From: an uncultured Thermotogaceae bacterium
GTDB taxonomy: Bacteria > Thermotogota > Thermotogae > Petrotogales > Petrotogaceae
NCBI GenBank assembly: GCA_964478535.1
Contig: CAYZNB010000001.1
Location: 1 to 54,307 of the forward strand
Reading direction: 5' to 3'
DNA length: 54,307 bases
Shown: piece by piece, positions 26,615 to 36,146 of the stretch
Position numbering within the stretch: position 1 is the stretch's first letter
How the letters are laid out: each line of letters opens with the position of its first letter
Made by a program: the position numbers and the translations under genes
The notes under the pieces: model-generated
What the model saw: only the letters and a program-made list of their open reading frames with translations
The model's database searches: none
Told to the model about the DNA's origin: nothing

Positions 26615-28365
26615 TAGATAATAAGCATATTAATAAAATAATTATTTTATTAGTTATCTTTGCATTAATTTTTACTTTTGTTTTCAGTTTAAAACCAGAT
26701 CTAATAGGAATTAAATCATCCGAAAATAAGCCGGAATACGCTAAAAAAACACTTTTTGATAAAGAAAAAATTTCTACTATTAATATAATAGTAGATCCAG
26801 ATAAATGGCAAGAAATGCTAAAGAATGCGACTTCAGAAGAATATATTCTTTGTGATATAACAATAAATGGAGATACTTTTCAAGCAGTTGGGATACGCCC
26901 AAAAGGAAATTCAAGTTTGAATACGATTGCAAAAAGTGATTCTGATAGATATAGTTTTAAAATAAAGATGGATAAATATGTTAAAGATCAAAGTTACTTT
27001 GGACTTGGAAAATTTGTCATAAATAATATGATAGGTGATGCAACATATATGAAAGAATATCTTTCATACGAGTTATTCTCTTATTTAGAAGTTAATACAC
27101 CTTTATATGCATTTTCTGAGATATTTATTAATGGAGAATATTGGGGTTTGTATCTTACAGTTGAATCAATTGAAGAAGAATACCTTCAAAGAAATTTTGG
27201 ATTAGATTATGGAAATTTATACAAACCAGAAACTAGTAATATTGAAGAAAATAAAGGAAACCAATTTGAAAATAGAATAAATTTTCAGTTTGAAGAAATG
27301 ATGCCACCTGATAATAACCAAATGAATATTGAAAAAATGCCCACAGATCCTGAAAATATTGAAGAGAATAAAGGAAACCAATTTGAAAATAGAATGAATT
27401 TTCATTTCGGAGAAATGATGCCACCAGATAATAACCAAATGAACACTGAAAAAATGCCCACAGATCCTGAAAATATTGAAAGGCATAATAATATAAAAGA
27501 TAGAATGAACTTCCAAAAAGAAAATCCCGCCACTAAAAGTTTTGAATCGAATCTCAATAACCAATTTCCCACAAACCATTTTAACAAAGAAAGTATAAAT
27601 GGAGGTGCTGATTTAATCTATTTAGATGATAATATAGAAAGTTATCCTCAAATTTTTGATCAAGCAGTGACTAAAGTTAGTGATAAAGATAAGAAAAAAA
27701 TAATTGAAGTTTTAAAAGCACTTTCAAATAATGAAAGCGAAGAAAATATTAAAAAATATATAAATGTCGAACAAGTTCTTAGTTATTTTGCAGCAAATAC
27801 ATATCTGGTAAATCTTGATAGTTATGTTGGAAATTTTAAACATAATTATTATTTATATGAAAAAAATGGTAAAGTATCAATATTACCTTGGGATTTGAAT
27901 CTCTCTTTTGCAGGATTTCAAAGCGGAAATGCAACAAGTGCTGTTAATTTTCCAATTGATACTCCGGTTGCAGGAGGGATTAGTTTAGAAGATCGACCTC
28001 TTATAAGCACATTGCTAAAAAATGAGAAATTTGTTGAAACATATTATGATAAACTTCAAAAAATAGTTGTTGAATATTTTGAAAACGGCTTATTTAATGA
28101 AAGTATTAATAAAATAGATGAATTGATTTCACAATCTGTGAAAAATGATCCAACAAAATTTTATTCTTATCAAGAATACAAATTAGCGATTGAGACACTA
28201 AAAAAATATGGCGATTTAAGAACAAAAAGCATTAGAGGACAACTCGAGGGAAGTGTTCCTTCAACATCAGAAGAACAATCAAAAGATCCAAAGGCTCTTA
28301 TAGAGGCTTCAACAATCAATATTTCTTTGCTAGGAACTATGGGAGGAGAAAAAATCAGAAATTAA
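26611..28365 (+). CDS. CotH-family atypical kinase-like protein with internal tandem repeat
   Basis: N-terminal TM/signal segment, 'AVGIRPKGNSS', 'FKHNYYLYEKNGKVSILPWDLNLSF' CotH signature. ATGA overlap with the upstream gene. Confidence 0.75.
   Translation: MIDNKHINKIIILLVIFALIFTFVFSLKPDLIGIKSSENKPEYAKKTLFDKEKISTINIIVDPDKWQEMLKNATSEEYILCDITINGDTFQAVGIRPKGNSSLNTIAKSDSDRYSFKIKMDKYVKDQSYFGLGKFVINNMIGDATYMKEYLSYELFSYLEVNTPLYAFSEIFINGEYWGLYLTVESIEEEYLQRNFGLDYGNLYKPETSNIEENKGNQFENRINFQFEEMMPPDNNQMNIEKMPTDPENIEENKGNQFENRMNFHFGEMMPPDNNQMNTEKMPTDPENIERHNNIKDRMNFQKENPATKSFESNLNNQFPTNHFNKESINGGADLIYLDDNIESYPQIFDQAVTKVSDKDKKKIIEVLKALSNNESEENIKKYINVEQVLSYFAANTYLVNLDSYVGNFKHNYYLYEKNGKVSILPWDLNLSFAGFQSGNATSAVNFPIDTPVAGGISLEDRPLISTLLKNEKFVETYYDKLQKIVVEYFENGLFNESINKIDELISQSVKNDPTKFYSYQEYKLAIETLKKYGDLRTKSIRGQLEGSVPSTSEEQSKDPKALIEASTINISLLGTMGGEKIRN
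27238..27481 (+). repeat. in-frame 117-bp tandem repeat (about 2.1 copies) inside the CotH gene
   Basis: Units start at 27238, 27355 and 27472 and encode NIEENKGNQFENR(I/M)NF(Q/H)F(E/G)EMMPPDNNQMN(I/T)EKMPTDPE. Confidence 0.9.
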
Positions 28366-28385
28366 AAAGAAAATTTTAACGTTAA

Positions 28386-28420
28386 AAATCCCGAAAACAT
28401 TTATTATGTTTTCGGGATTT
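28386..28420. terminator. bidirectional terminator hairpin
   Basis: Perfect 15-bp stem AAATCCCGAAAACAT / ATGTTTTCGGGATTT between convergent CotH and guaA. Confidence 0.7.
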
Positions 28421-28430
28421 AAACTAATTA

Positions 28431-29954
28431 TTATTCCCATTCAATAGTTGCTGGTGGTTTTGAAGTTATATCATATACAATTCTTCCTACATTATCTACT
28501 TCATTTGTTATTCGACTTGAAACTAATTCAAGTACTTCAAAAGGTATTCTTGACCAGTCTGCTGTCATCCCTTCAATACTGTCGACTGCTCTTAAAGCAA
28601 CTACATAATCATAGCTTCTGACGTCTCCAACTACTCCGACTGTTCTTAAAGGTGTTAAAACGGGGAATGCTTGCCAAACCTTTTCATACCACCCTGTTTC
28701 TTTTAAAGTTCTTATATAAACATCATCAACGTGTTTTAATATTTCAAGTTTTTCTTCGGTAATTTCTCCAAGAACTCTTATACTTAATCCAGGTCCTGGG
28801 AAAGGATGTCTGTATAAAATATGTTTTGGAATGCTTAATAATTCACCTAATTTTCTTACTTCATCTTTGAATAATTCTCTTAAAGGTTCTAATATTTTAA
28901 GATTCATTTTTTCTGGTAATCCGCCAACATTATGATGAGTTTTTATTTTAGCTGTTTTTTTACCAGAAGCCGCTGATTCTATAACATCTGAATAAATTGT
29001 TCCTTGTACAAGAAATTCGTAATCAGGGTCTTTAATCGCTTCTTCTTCAAAAACTCTAACAAACTCTTCACCAATAATTTTTCTTTTTTGCTCTGGATCG
29101 GTAACTCCTTTTAATTTATTTAAAAATCTTTCTTTTGCATCTACTACTGTTAAATCAAGTCCAAACATTTCATGAAATATTTTTTTTACTTCGGTAGCTT
29201 CATTAAGTCTTAACAGCCCATGATCTACAAAAACAGCTTTTAAGTTATTTCCTATAGCTTTATGCATAAGAACAGAAGCTACTGAAGAATCTACTCCACC
29301 AGATAATCCAATTATTGCTTTTTTATTTCCTACAACTTCTTTTATTTCAATAATTTTCTCATCTTCAAAATCTTTTAATGACCAAGTATCAGAAACATGA
29401 CAAATTTGAATTACAAAATTTTCAAGCATATCATTTCCGTATTCACTATGCATTACTTCTGGATGAAATTGAATTGCAAATATATTTTTTTCTTTTATTT
29501 CAAATCCCGCTATTATGTTATTTTCTGTTTTTGCTATTATTTCTGCATTTTCAGGTAGTGCGACTACAGAATCAGAATGACTCATCCAAACAATAAATTT
29601 TTCAGGTATATCGTTGAAAAGTCTATCTTTTTTCAAATTTAATAATCTAGTTCTACCATATTCTCTAACTTTTTCACGTTTTATATCTCCACCAAGTTTT
29701 TTAGCAAGTGCATGCATACCATAACATATCCCTAAAATTGGAAGATCCAAATCAAAAATTTCTTCAGGTATTTTTAATGAATCTTCTGCATATACGCTAT
29801 CAGGACCTCCAGATAAAATAATTCCCGAAACCTCTTCATAACTAACTTTATCTTCTACTTGAACAACTTCAGAAAAAACACCTAATTCTCTTATTCTTCT
29901 TGCCAAAAGTTGCGTATATTGTGACCCAAAATCAAAAATAAGTATTTTACTCAT
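28431..29954 (-). CDS. guaA: GMP synthase (glutamine-hydrolysing)
   Basis: GATase 'LGICYGMH', ATP-PPase 'GLSGGVDSS', C-terminal 'KPPATIEWE'. Confidence 0.95.
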   Translation of the reverse strand: MSKILIFDFGSQYTQLLARRIRELGVFSEVVQVEDKVSYEEVSGIILSGGPDSVYAEDSLKIPEEIFDLDLPILGICYGMHALAKKLGGDIKREKVREYGRTRLLNLKKDRLFNDIPEKFIVWMSHSDSVVALPENAEIIAKTENNIIAGFEIKEKNIFAIQFHPEVMHSEYGNDMLENFVIQICHVSDTWSLKDFEDEKIIEIKEVVGNKKAIIGLSGGVDSSVASVLMHKAIGNNLKAVFVDHGLLRLNEATEVKKIFHEMFGLDLTVVDAKERFLNKLKGVTDPEQKRKIIGEEFVRVFEEEAIKDPDYEFLVQGTIYSDVIESAASGKKTAKIKTHHNVGGLPEKMNLKILEPLRELFKDEVRKLGELLSIPKHILYRHPFPGPGLSIRVLGEITEEKLEILKHVDDVYIRTLKETGWYEKVWQAFPVLTPLRTVGVVGDVRSYDYVVALRAVDSIEGMTADWSRIPFEVLELVSSRITNEVDNVGRIVYDITSKPPATIEWE

Positions 29955-29968
29955 TTTTTACCTCCAGT

Positions 29969-31249
29969 TTATATAAAATTTTCATTCTTTTTAAATTCAG
30001 AAAAAATCTTATTTTTACAAATTAAATCATAAATATTAGCCGCTTTTAAGTCATATTCTAATTGTTCAAGAAGTATTTCAGGAATAGCTTCATATTTTTT
30101 ATTTGAGTCAAGAAAATTTTGTTTTAGACGATTATAAATATTTTCATATTTTGAAATATTAGAAATTATTGGATATTTTGAATTTTCTTTTATCATTTTC
30201 AAAACTTTTTGACCCTTTTCATTAAATCCTAAAACTCTAAAATATTGTGGCCCGTACAAATTATACGTTTCTATTTTTTTTGTTTCTATTTTAAATAATA
30301 TATTTAACATAGTTCTTTTTAATCTGGAGTAAGTTGTTCGTTTTGATTTTACTTCAGAAATTAATTCAGATATATCAAATTTTTCAAAAGATTTTTCAAT
30401 TATCCTTTTTTCAAGACCTTCATTTACACCATAATAATTTTTAATTTCATTTTTTGAAGATAGTTTTAAAGCGGATAAAATTATTTCATTCATAGTCTCA
30501 TAAAAAACAGGCGTTTCTCCGTTATTTAATTTTTCTTTTAATATATCAAAACATTCTTTTGGAATAGATTGATTTACTAAATCATAATCATTAGTTCTTA
30601 ATAATTTTCTAACAGCAGTCGCACTCGAAATATTACCAGTAAAACTTGTTTCGTTATATGAAGCACCTTCCCTTTTTATTAAAGAGGCATTTATTGTTGA
30701 TTTATATTTTTTCAAATATGTGAGATATTCTAATCCTAAAATATCATTAGATTTTTCAATTACTTCAAGATTTATACTTTTTTTCATATGTTCAGAAACA
30801 TAATTTTTTAAAGCAATTGAACGAGCTTTTGGAAAAGATAATCCTGTTTTTAATAATGTTCTTAAAATTTTTTTAAATTCTTTAGGCTCTTCGACTAAAA
30901 TGTCGGATAAAATGTGAAGAGTATCTATATCAGCAGATTCACTTCCAAAAACTAGATCTGTTACTATCCCTAATCTTGATAAAATACCTATACTTCCATT
31001 AGCAAAACCACTCGCATCTTGTATGCTGTATATAAATGGTAATTCTATTATAAGATCTATACCTTGACTTAAAGCCATTTGTGTTCTAATAAATTTATTT
31101 AGAATTGCCGGTTCGCCTCTTTGAACAAAGTTCCCACTCATAACAGCTATTGTATAGTCTGGTTTTACAAGTTTTTTTGCTTTTTCAAGATGTAATTTAT
31201 GTCCGTTATGAAAAGGGTTATATTCTACTATTAAACCTAATACTTTCAT
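29969..31249 (-). CDS. tmcAL: nucleotidyltransferase of the UPF0348/TmcAL (tRNA-Met cytidine acetate ligase) family
   Basis: N-terminal 'GLIVEYNPFHNGH' HxGH motif and ~420-aa length typical of the YlbM/TmcAL family. Confidence 0.65.
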   Translation of the reverse strand: MKVLGLIVEYNPFHNGHKLHLEKAKKLVKPDYTIAVMSGNFVQRGEPAILNKFIRTQMALSQGIDLIIELPFIYSIQDASGFANGSIGILSRLGIVTDLVFGSESADIDTLHILSDILVEEPKEFKKILRTLLKTGLSFPKARSIALKNYVSEHMKKSINLEVIEKSNDILGLEYLTYLKKYKSTINASLIKREGASYNETSFTGNISSATAVRKLLRTNDYDLVNQSIPKECFDILKEKLNNGETPVFYETMNEIILSALKLSSKNEIKNYYGVNEGLEKRIIEKSFEKFDISELISEVKSKRTTYSRLKRTMLNILFKIETKKIETYNLYGPQYFRVLGFNEKGQKVLKMIKENSKYPIISNISKYENIYNRLKQNFLDSNKKYEAIPEILLEQLEYDLKAANIYDLICKNKIFSEFKKNENFI

Positions 31250-31284
31250 TTATATCACCTGCAATTATTATTATCTATTTGATC

Positions 31285-31377
31285 GGTTCTCTGTAAAATT
31301 TTGTGAGCAATTATGAAAAGTTGAAACTTTTAGGTTCTATGAAGAATTTTGTTGGTAATTATAAAAAGTTGAAACTT
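31285..31377. repeat. imperfect ~46-bp direct repeat, two copies
   Basis: GGTTCTCTGTAAAATTTTGTGAGCAATTATGAAAAGTTGAAACTT versus GGTTCTATGAAGAATTTTGTTGGTAATTATAAAAAGTTGAAACTT. Confidence 0.75.
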
Positions 31378-31405
31378 ATAAATATTAAAAGAAAATTATA
31401 TAATT

Positions 31406-31538
31406 TGTCATTTCGAACGAAAAAGCGTTCTTCTTTTGAGGAGAAATCTGCGAATTTGCGATTTTATGTTTTGAAATAATTTAATAAAAAACCAAAATAC
31501 GCAGATCTCTCCTCCAAAAAACGTCGTTCGATATGACA
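31406..31538. repeat. imperfect inverted-repeat element, copy 2 (inverted relative to 9081-9212)
   Basis: TGTCATTTCGAACGAAAAAGCG...TTTTGAGGAGAAATCTGCGA ... CGCAGATCTCTCCTCCAAAAAACGTCGTTCGATATGACA. Each arm matches the reverse complement of the opposite arm of copy 1. Confidence 0.8.
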
Positions 31539-31672
31539 GATCGTAAAAAAAGTTTTTAGATTATGTATAAACTTCAATAACTTTTTCAAAAATCAACTAT
31601 CAATAAATAATTTTTACCCACACTTTTTTTCATAGAACCAACTTTTAAACAGGAAAAAAAATTTATGAGATT

Positions 31673-31719
31673 TGTCATTTCGAAAAAAAAAGAGCCTTTC
31701 TTTTTCGTTTGAGATGACA
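31673..31719. repeat. truncated mini-copy of the inverted-repeat element (termini only)
   Basis: TGTCATTTCGAAAAAAAAAGAGCCTTTCTTTTTCGTTTGAGATGACA. It is followed by the same ~35-bp flank (AAAAAAGTTTTTAGATTATxTATAxA..TCAATAA) as copy 2. Confidence 0.65.
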
Positions 31720-32109
31720 GAGCGAAGAGTATTAAAAAAGTTTTTAGATTATTTATACAAATCAATAAATTTTGCAAGAATCTACTATAAAAATATCAAT
31801 GTTATTGTAAGTGCTGTAACGCCGTGCATAGTGCAGCGTACACTATATTAAAAGCAAATAATGGTAAATATGGATGAAATAAAGTAGCGAGCAATTGCTC
31901 AATAATTATTACCCACTTTTTCTACATAGAATCATTTAATCAACTTTTATTATAGCACGTTTTATTTATTAAAATGAAACTTTTTTAAAACAAAATTATT
32001 TAGGTTCTCTTTCTTTTTTTAAGTTTTGAAAGTAATAGAAAAAAAGATCTAATTTTTGAAGAATATATAAAATTATTAAATTAATTAGCTATACAAACTA
32101 ATGAAATTG

Positions 32110-32118
32110 TGGTAAAAT
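32110..32118 (+). promoter_or_regulatory. candidate extended -10 promoter (TGgTAAAAT)
   Basis: Lies 26 nt upstream of the ATG at 32144, with AAGGATGGTGAGG as the SD in between. Confidence 0.3.
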
Positions 32119-32143
32119 TATCAGAAAAAAGGATGGTGAGGTA

Positions 32144-33022
32144 ATGTCTATAAAGGTATTAATATCGGGTTTGTTGATGTCACTTATATTTGGAATGTCA
32201 TTTTTGTTTACAAAAAATGCTCTTGACTATGTAAACCCTTTTCAGTTTTTAGCGTATAGATTTTTTATTTCTTTTATTTTTACAAATTTTCTAATTTTAA
32301 TTAAAGTATTTAAAATTAGAAAAATAAATTTTATTAAGCTTTTACCTTTAGCCATTTTTCAACCGGTCTTATATTTTATTTTTGAAAATTTTGGAGTTAG
32401 TTACTTGAATGTGTCGGAAGCGGGAATTATAATTTCAAGTATTCCTGTTTTTGTGGCAATTTTTTCTCCGATATTTTTAAAAGAAAAAACTAATAAATTC
32501 CAATTTTTATTTATTTTTTGTAGTTTGATAGGTGTAATTCTTATTATGGGAGTAAATTCATTGAGCGGGAATTTCAAAGGAATATTGCTGATGTTTTTTG
32601 CAGTTATTTCAGCCACAGCTTATAATATGATTTCAAGAAAAATGTCTCTTTCTTATACTCCTCAAGAAACAACATATATTATGATGTCCGTAGGAGCTTT
32701 AGTCTTTAATACTATATTTTTGTTTTCAGGAAATTTTAACTATTCAGAGTTATTTATAAAACCAGTTTTTATTTCTGCGATATATTTAGGGATTTTTTCT
32801 TCTACATTAACATTCTTTTTAATTAATTATATGTTAAGCAAGGTAACTGCTGTTCAATCTTCTATATTTGCAAACATTACAACTGTTGTATCTGTTTTGG
32901 CAGGAGCAATCTTTAGAAATGAGTCTATAAAGTTATATCATCTGATTGGAATGCTATTTATAATCGCTGGAGTTACGGGAGTGAATTATTTTAGTAACAA
33001 AATTAAAAAGCAAGCATTATAA
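32144..33022 (+). CDS. DMT-superfamily (EamA-like) transporter
   Basis: 292 aa with ten hydrophobic segments arranged as two EamA-like halves. Confidence 0.8.
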   Translation: MSIKVLISGLLMSLIFGMSFLFTKNALDYVNPFQFLAYRFFISFIFTNFLILIKVFKIRKINFIKLLPLAIFQPVLYFIFENFGVSYLNVSEAGIIISSIPVFVAIFSPIFLKEKTNKFQFLFIFCSLIGVILIMGVNSLSGNFKGILLMFFAVISATAYNMISRKMSLSYTPQETTYIMMSVGALVFNTIFLFSGNFNYSELFIKPVFISAIYLGIFSSTLTFFLINYMLSKVTAVQSSIFANITTVVSVLAGAIFRNESIKLYHLIGMLFIIAGVTGVNYFSNKIKKQAL

Positions 33023-33046
33023 AATTGTTTTATTTTATGTTTTTTA

Positions 33047-33055
33047 TGATATAAT
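33047..33055 (+). promoter_or_regulatory. candidate extended -10 promoter (TGaTATAAT)
   Basis: Perfect TGnTATAAT just upstream of the diguanylate cyclase gene. Confidence 0.35.
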
Positions 33056-33068
33056 ATATTTAGATTAT

Positions 33069-34754
33069 GTGAAGAGGAGTGAAACTTTGAATTTTATTAA
33101 AAATAGAAAAATAAAAATAATTATTTATATGATTTTGCTAATACTCATATTATTTAGAATAGATTTAAACCTTAATAACTTTTCTGTATTAGAAGTTATA
33201 TTAGTTTTTTTTATCACTTTCATTTCAGATAATATAAAAATATATTGGAAAAAAGACGAAAGATTAGTTAGTAACACAGTAGGATTTCTTTTTGCTTTTT
33301 TATTAGGATATGAATACATTTTAATCGCAGGATTAGCTGTTCTTTTTAGGCTATTGAAAAAAGATGAATTTGAGAAAAGAATTTATAAAACACTTGTTTA
33401 TGCCGACACCTATCTTTTAGCCGCAATTGTAGGATATAGAGCGGAAGGTTTATTTTCTCTGATTTTATTTATAACTGCTGCAAAAGTTATTAATTCTATT
33501 TTTGTTGATGGGATCGAAAAATTTGAACTTAACGTTTTTACTTACGAATATATTCACTTTTTATCTTTAATACCCTATACTTATGTTTCTTTAATGATTG
33601 AAAACAAGTTTTTAAGTTATTCTGTAATTTTAATAAATCTTATTTTTTTAATTTTTTATTATTTTATTATTAAAAATATTAATGAAAAAAAAGATGAAAA
33701 GAATAAAAATGAGAGATTGAATCGTTTTAATCAAATAATTTTAGAAGTTTCAAGAATTTTAAAAGAATTTTCTTTAAAAGAATCTGAAGATAAAATACTT
33801 ACAGAAATAGCAGATATATTAAGAATAGATTTAGGCTATAAATTCATACTTATTAGTTTATTTGATCCTACTAATAATACTGTAAAAAGAATTACTAAAT
33901 CAGGAATTTCTGACGAACAGTTTAAAGAAATAAAAGAAAGAGTTATTAATTCTGAATCGGTAATAAAAATAATGGATGAAAAACATAGATTTTTGGAAAC
34001 TTATTTTATTCCGGATCTTGATGATGAAGAAGATAAAGTAAGTTTCAACCTTTATAATAGCAATGAAAAGAATAAAAATAATGATCTTGATTGGGAAATA
34101 GTACAAAAAAAATGGTCTGAAAATGATTTATTGTTAGTCGCTCTAAGAAATCAAAATGATGAAATGATTGGTTATATTTCATGTGATAATCCTGAAAATG
34201 GCTTGAGACCTAATAATGAACAGCTTGTTCTTTTATCCGTTTTTGCTCAACTTGTTTCACTCGTTCTTGAAAATTCTCAACTTTATCAAAAAGTAGTAGG
34301 TCTTGCAGAAACAGATGGTTTAACAAAATTATACAATCATTCAAAACTTTTTGTTGACTTAATGACTTTTGAAAAGAAAAATTATAACATAAGCGTAGCT
34401 TTTCTAGATATGGATGATTTTAAAAAAATTAATGATACTTATGGACATATGAAAGGTGATCAAATTTTATCAGATGTTGCAAGAATAATAAAAAATAATG
34501 TTAGAGAAAATGATAATGTTTATAGATATGGCGGAGATGAATTTGTAATAATTTTTAGAGGTATAAGTAAAGAAAAATGTAGAGAAATAATTTTAAGATT
34601 TATTGAAAAAACAAAATCACTTGATGTAAAATTGAGTTTTAGCATAGGTGTATCTAATATTGAAGAATGCACAGATTATAAAGACGCTCTTGATTTAGCA
34701 GATAAAAGAGCCTATATTTCTAAAAGAACGGGAAAAGGAAAAATAATTATATAA
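33069..34754 (+). CDS. membrane-anchored GAF-GGDEF diguanylate cyclase
   Basis: N-terminal multi-TM region, central GAF-like region, C-terminal 'AFLDMDDFKKINDTYGHMKGD...RYGGDEFVIIF'. The TTG at 33087, 7 nt after AGGAG, is the more likely start than the GTG at 33069. Confidence 0.85.
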   Translation: MKRSETLNFIKNRKIKIIIYMILLILILFRIDLNLNNFSVLEVILVFFITFISDNIKIYWKKDERLVSNTVGFLFAFLLGYEYILIAGLAVLFRLLKKDEFEKRIYKTLVYADTYLLAAIVGYRAEGLFSLILFITAAKVINSIFVDGIEKFELNVFTYEYIHFLSLIPYTYVSLMIENKFLSYSVILINLIFLIFYYFIIKNINEKKDEKNKNERLNRFNQIILEVSRILKEFSLKESEDKILTEIADILRIDLGYKFILISLFDPTNNTVKRITKSGISDEQFKEIKERVINSESVIKIMDEKHRFLETYFIPDLDDEEDKVSFNLYNSNEKNKNNDLDWEIVQKKWSENDLLLVALRNQNDEMIGYISCDNPENGLRPNNEQLVLLSVFAQLVSLVLENSQLYQKVVGLAETDGLTKLYNHSKLFVDLMTFEKKNYNISVAFLDMDDFKKINDTYGHMKGDQILSDVARIIKNNVRENDNVYRYGGDEFVIIFRGISKEKCREIILRFIEKTKSLDVKLSFSIGVSNIEECTDYKDALDLADKRAYISKRTGKGKIII

Positions 34755-34786
34755 AGAAGTCTTTTTTTAGACTTCTTTATTTTTTA
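34753..34786 (+). terminator. rho-independent terminator
   Basis: AAAGAAGTCT-TTTTTT-AGACTTCTTT 10-bp stem followed by a T run. Confidence 0.8.
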
Positions 34787-34791
34787 TATTA

Positions 34792-34800
34792 TGATATAAT
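34792..34800 (+). promoter_or_regulatory. candidate extended -10 promoter (TGaTATAAT)
   Basis: Perfect TGnTATAAT lies 34 nt upstream of the ATG at 34834. Confidence 0.35.
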
Positions 34801-34833
34801 CTTATTATAGAATAAATATTATGAGGTGAAAAA

Positions 34834-36111
34834 ATGATAAAAGAGTTTTTAAAACAAGAAGTAAAAGCTTCAACAGGTTGTACCGAACCTGGAGCAGTTG
34901 CTTTAAGTACCGCAAAAGCTAAATCTTATTTAAGTGGTGAAATAAAAAAAATTGATGTTGAAGTTAGTAAAAGTATATATAAAAATGGAATTTATGTAAA
35001 GATTCCAGGTGCTGAGGGAGCGAGAGGTAATAAAATAGCCGCTGCACTCGGAGTGGTAATAAAATGTGATACTCCAGATCTCCAAATATTATATAATACA
35101 AATTCTGAATATAAAATAAAAGCAGAAAAATTGATAAGCAAAAAATTAATAAATATATATCCAAATGATAAAACTGGTGTTTATATAAAAACAACAATGA
35201 AAGATAGCAACAATGATGTTTGTGAATGCATTATTGAAGATAATCATTCTAATTTTTCAAAAATTTCTTTAAATGAAAAAATAATTTTTGAAAATAACGA
35301 CAAATTCAAAAATTGTAATTTCTTTGAAGCAAACAAACTTGAAAATATGACTTTAAGTGAAATTATTAAAATTTCAACAAACATTGATGAAGAAGATATA
35401 GAATTTATTATTTCAGGAGCATTAATGAATATAAAAGCTGCTGAATACACTTTAAAAGATTGTCATGAGTCCATCGAAAATATTGGTAAAAAATTAAATT
35501 CTATTTTTTTAGAAGACAAAATAAATGAAAAAATTAGAAAATATTCTTCGGCAGCATCTTTTACAAGAATGAACGGAGCTCTTGTAAATATAATGAGTTC
35601 GTGTGGTTCTGGAAATCAAGGAATTGTTAACACAATACCTGTTTATCTTTTTGGAAAATTTGTAAAGGCCTCAGATAAAGAAATAGCAGAAGCTATTTCT
35701 TTAAGCCATTTTCTTTCAGGATATATAAAATTTTATGTAGGAAAACTTGCACCAATTTGCGGAGCATTTTATTCTGCTGGTTCTGGAGCAACCGCTGGAA
35801 TCGCTTATTTAAAAAAATTAAACGAACAAAAGATACTTCAAGCTGTAGACACTATGATTTCTAATACCACAGGAGTTTTGTGTGATGGCGCAAAAGAAAG
35901 TTGCGCATTTAGAATAGGTATAGCCGTAGAAGAAGCTTATTATTCAGTAATAATGGCAGAGAAAAATTTGTTTGTAGAAAACAATCAAGGTTTTTTAGGA
36001 AATTGTTGCTCCGAAAGCATTAAAAATATATCGAAAATAAATGAGTTTGGAATGAAAGAAATCGATAATTCAATAATTTCAATTTTAGAAGGAAGAGAAA
36101 ATAAATATTAA
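34834..36111 (+). CDS. UPF0597 / L-cysteine desulfidase (serine dehydratase alpha-like) family protein
   Basis: 425 aa. N-terminal 'EVKASTGCTEPGAVAL' and 'CGSGNQG' are characteristic of this family as I recall it. Confidence 0.65.
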   Translation: MIKEFLKQEVKASTGCTEPGAVALSTAKAKSYLSGEIKKIDVEVSKSIYKNGIYVKIPGAEGARGNKIAAALGVVIKCDTPDLQILYNTNSEYKIKAEKLISKKLINIYPNDKTGVYIKTTMKDSNNDVCECIIEDNHSNFSKISLNEKIIFENNDKFKNCNFFEANKLENMTLSEIIKISTNIDEEDIEFIISGALMNIKAAEYTLKDCHESIENIGKKLNSIFLEDKINEKIRKYSSAASFTRMNGALVNIMSSCGSGNQGIVNTIPVYLFGKFVKASDKEIAEAISLSHFLSGYIKFYVGKLAPICGAFYSAGSGATAGIAYLKKLNEQKILQAVDTMISNTTGVLCDGAKESCAFRIGIAVEEAYYSVIMAEKNLFVENNQGFLGNCCSESIKNISKINEFGMKEIDNSIISILEGRENKY

Positions 36112-36146
36112 GAAACATTAAGAGTTTTATCAAGATAAAAATTATC

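Noticed and set aside
9081-31719. Possibility that the TGTCAT...ATGACA repeats represent a CRISPR array or an IS element
   Set aside because: The copies are inverted-repeat hairpins 22 kb apart, not regularly spaced direct repeats with spacers. There are no cas genes, and no transposase ORF lies within or beside them.
31586-31777. 63-aa minus-strand ORF in the repeat-rich spacer
   Set aside because: It overlaps the mini-hairpin and shared repeat blocks, has no SD and is low-complexity.
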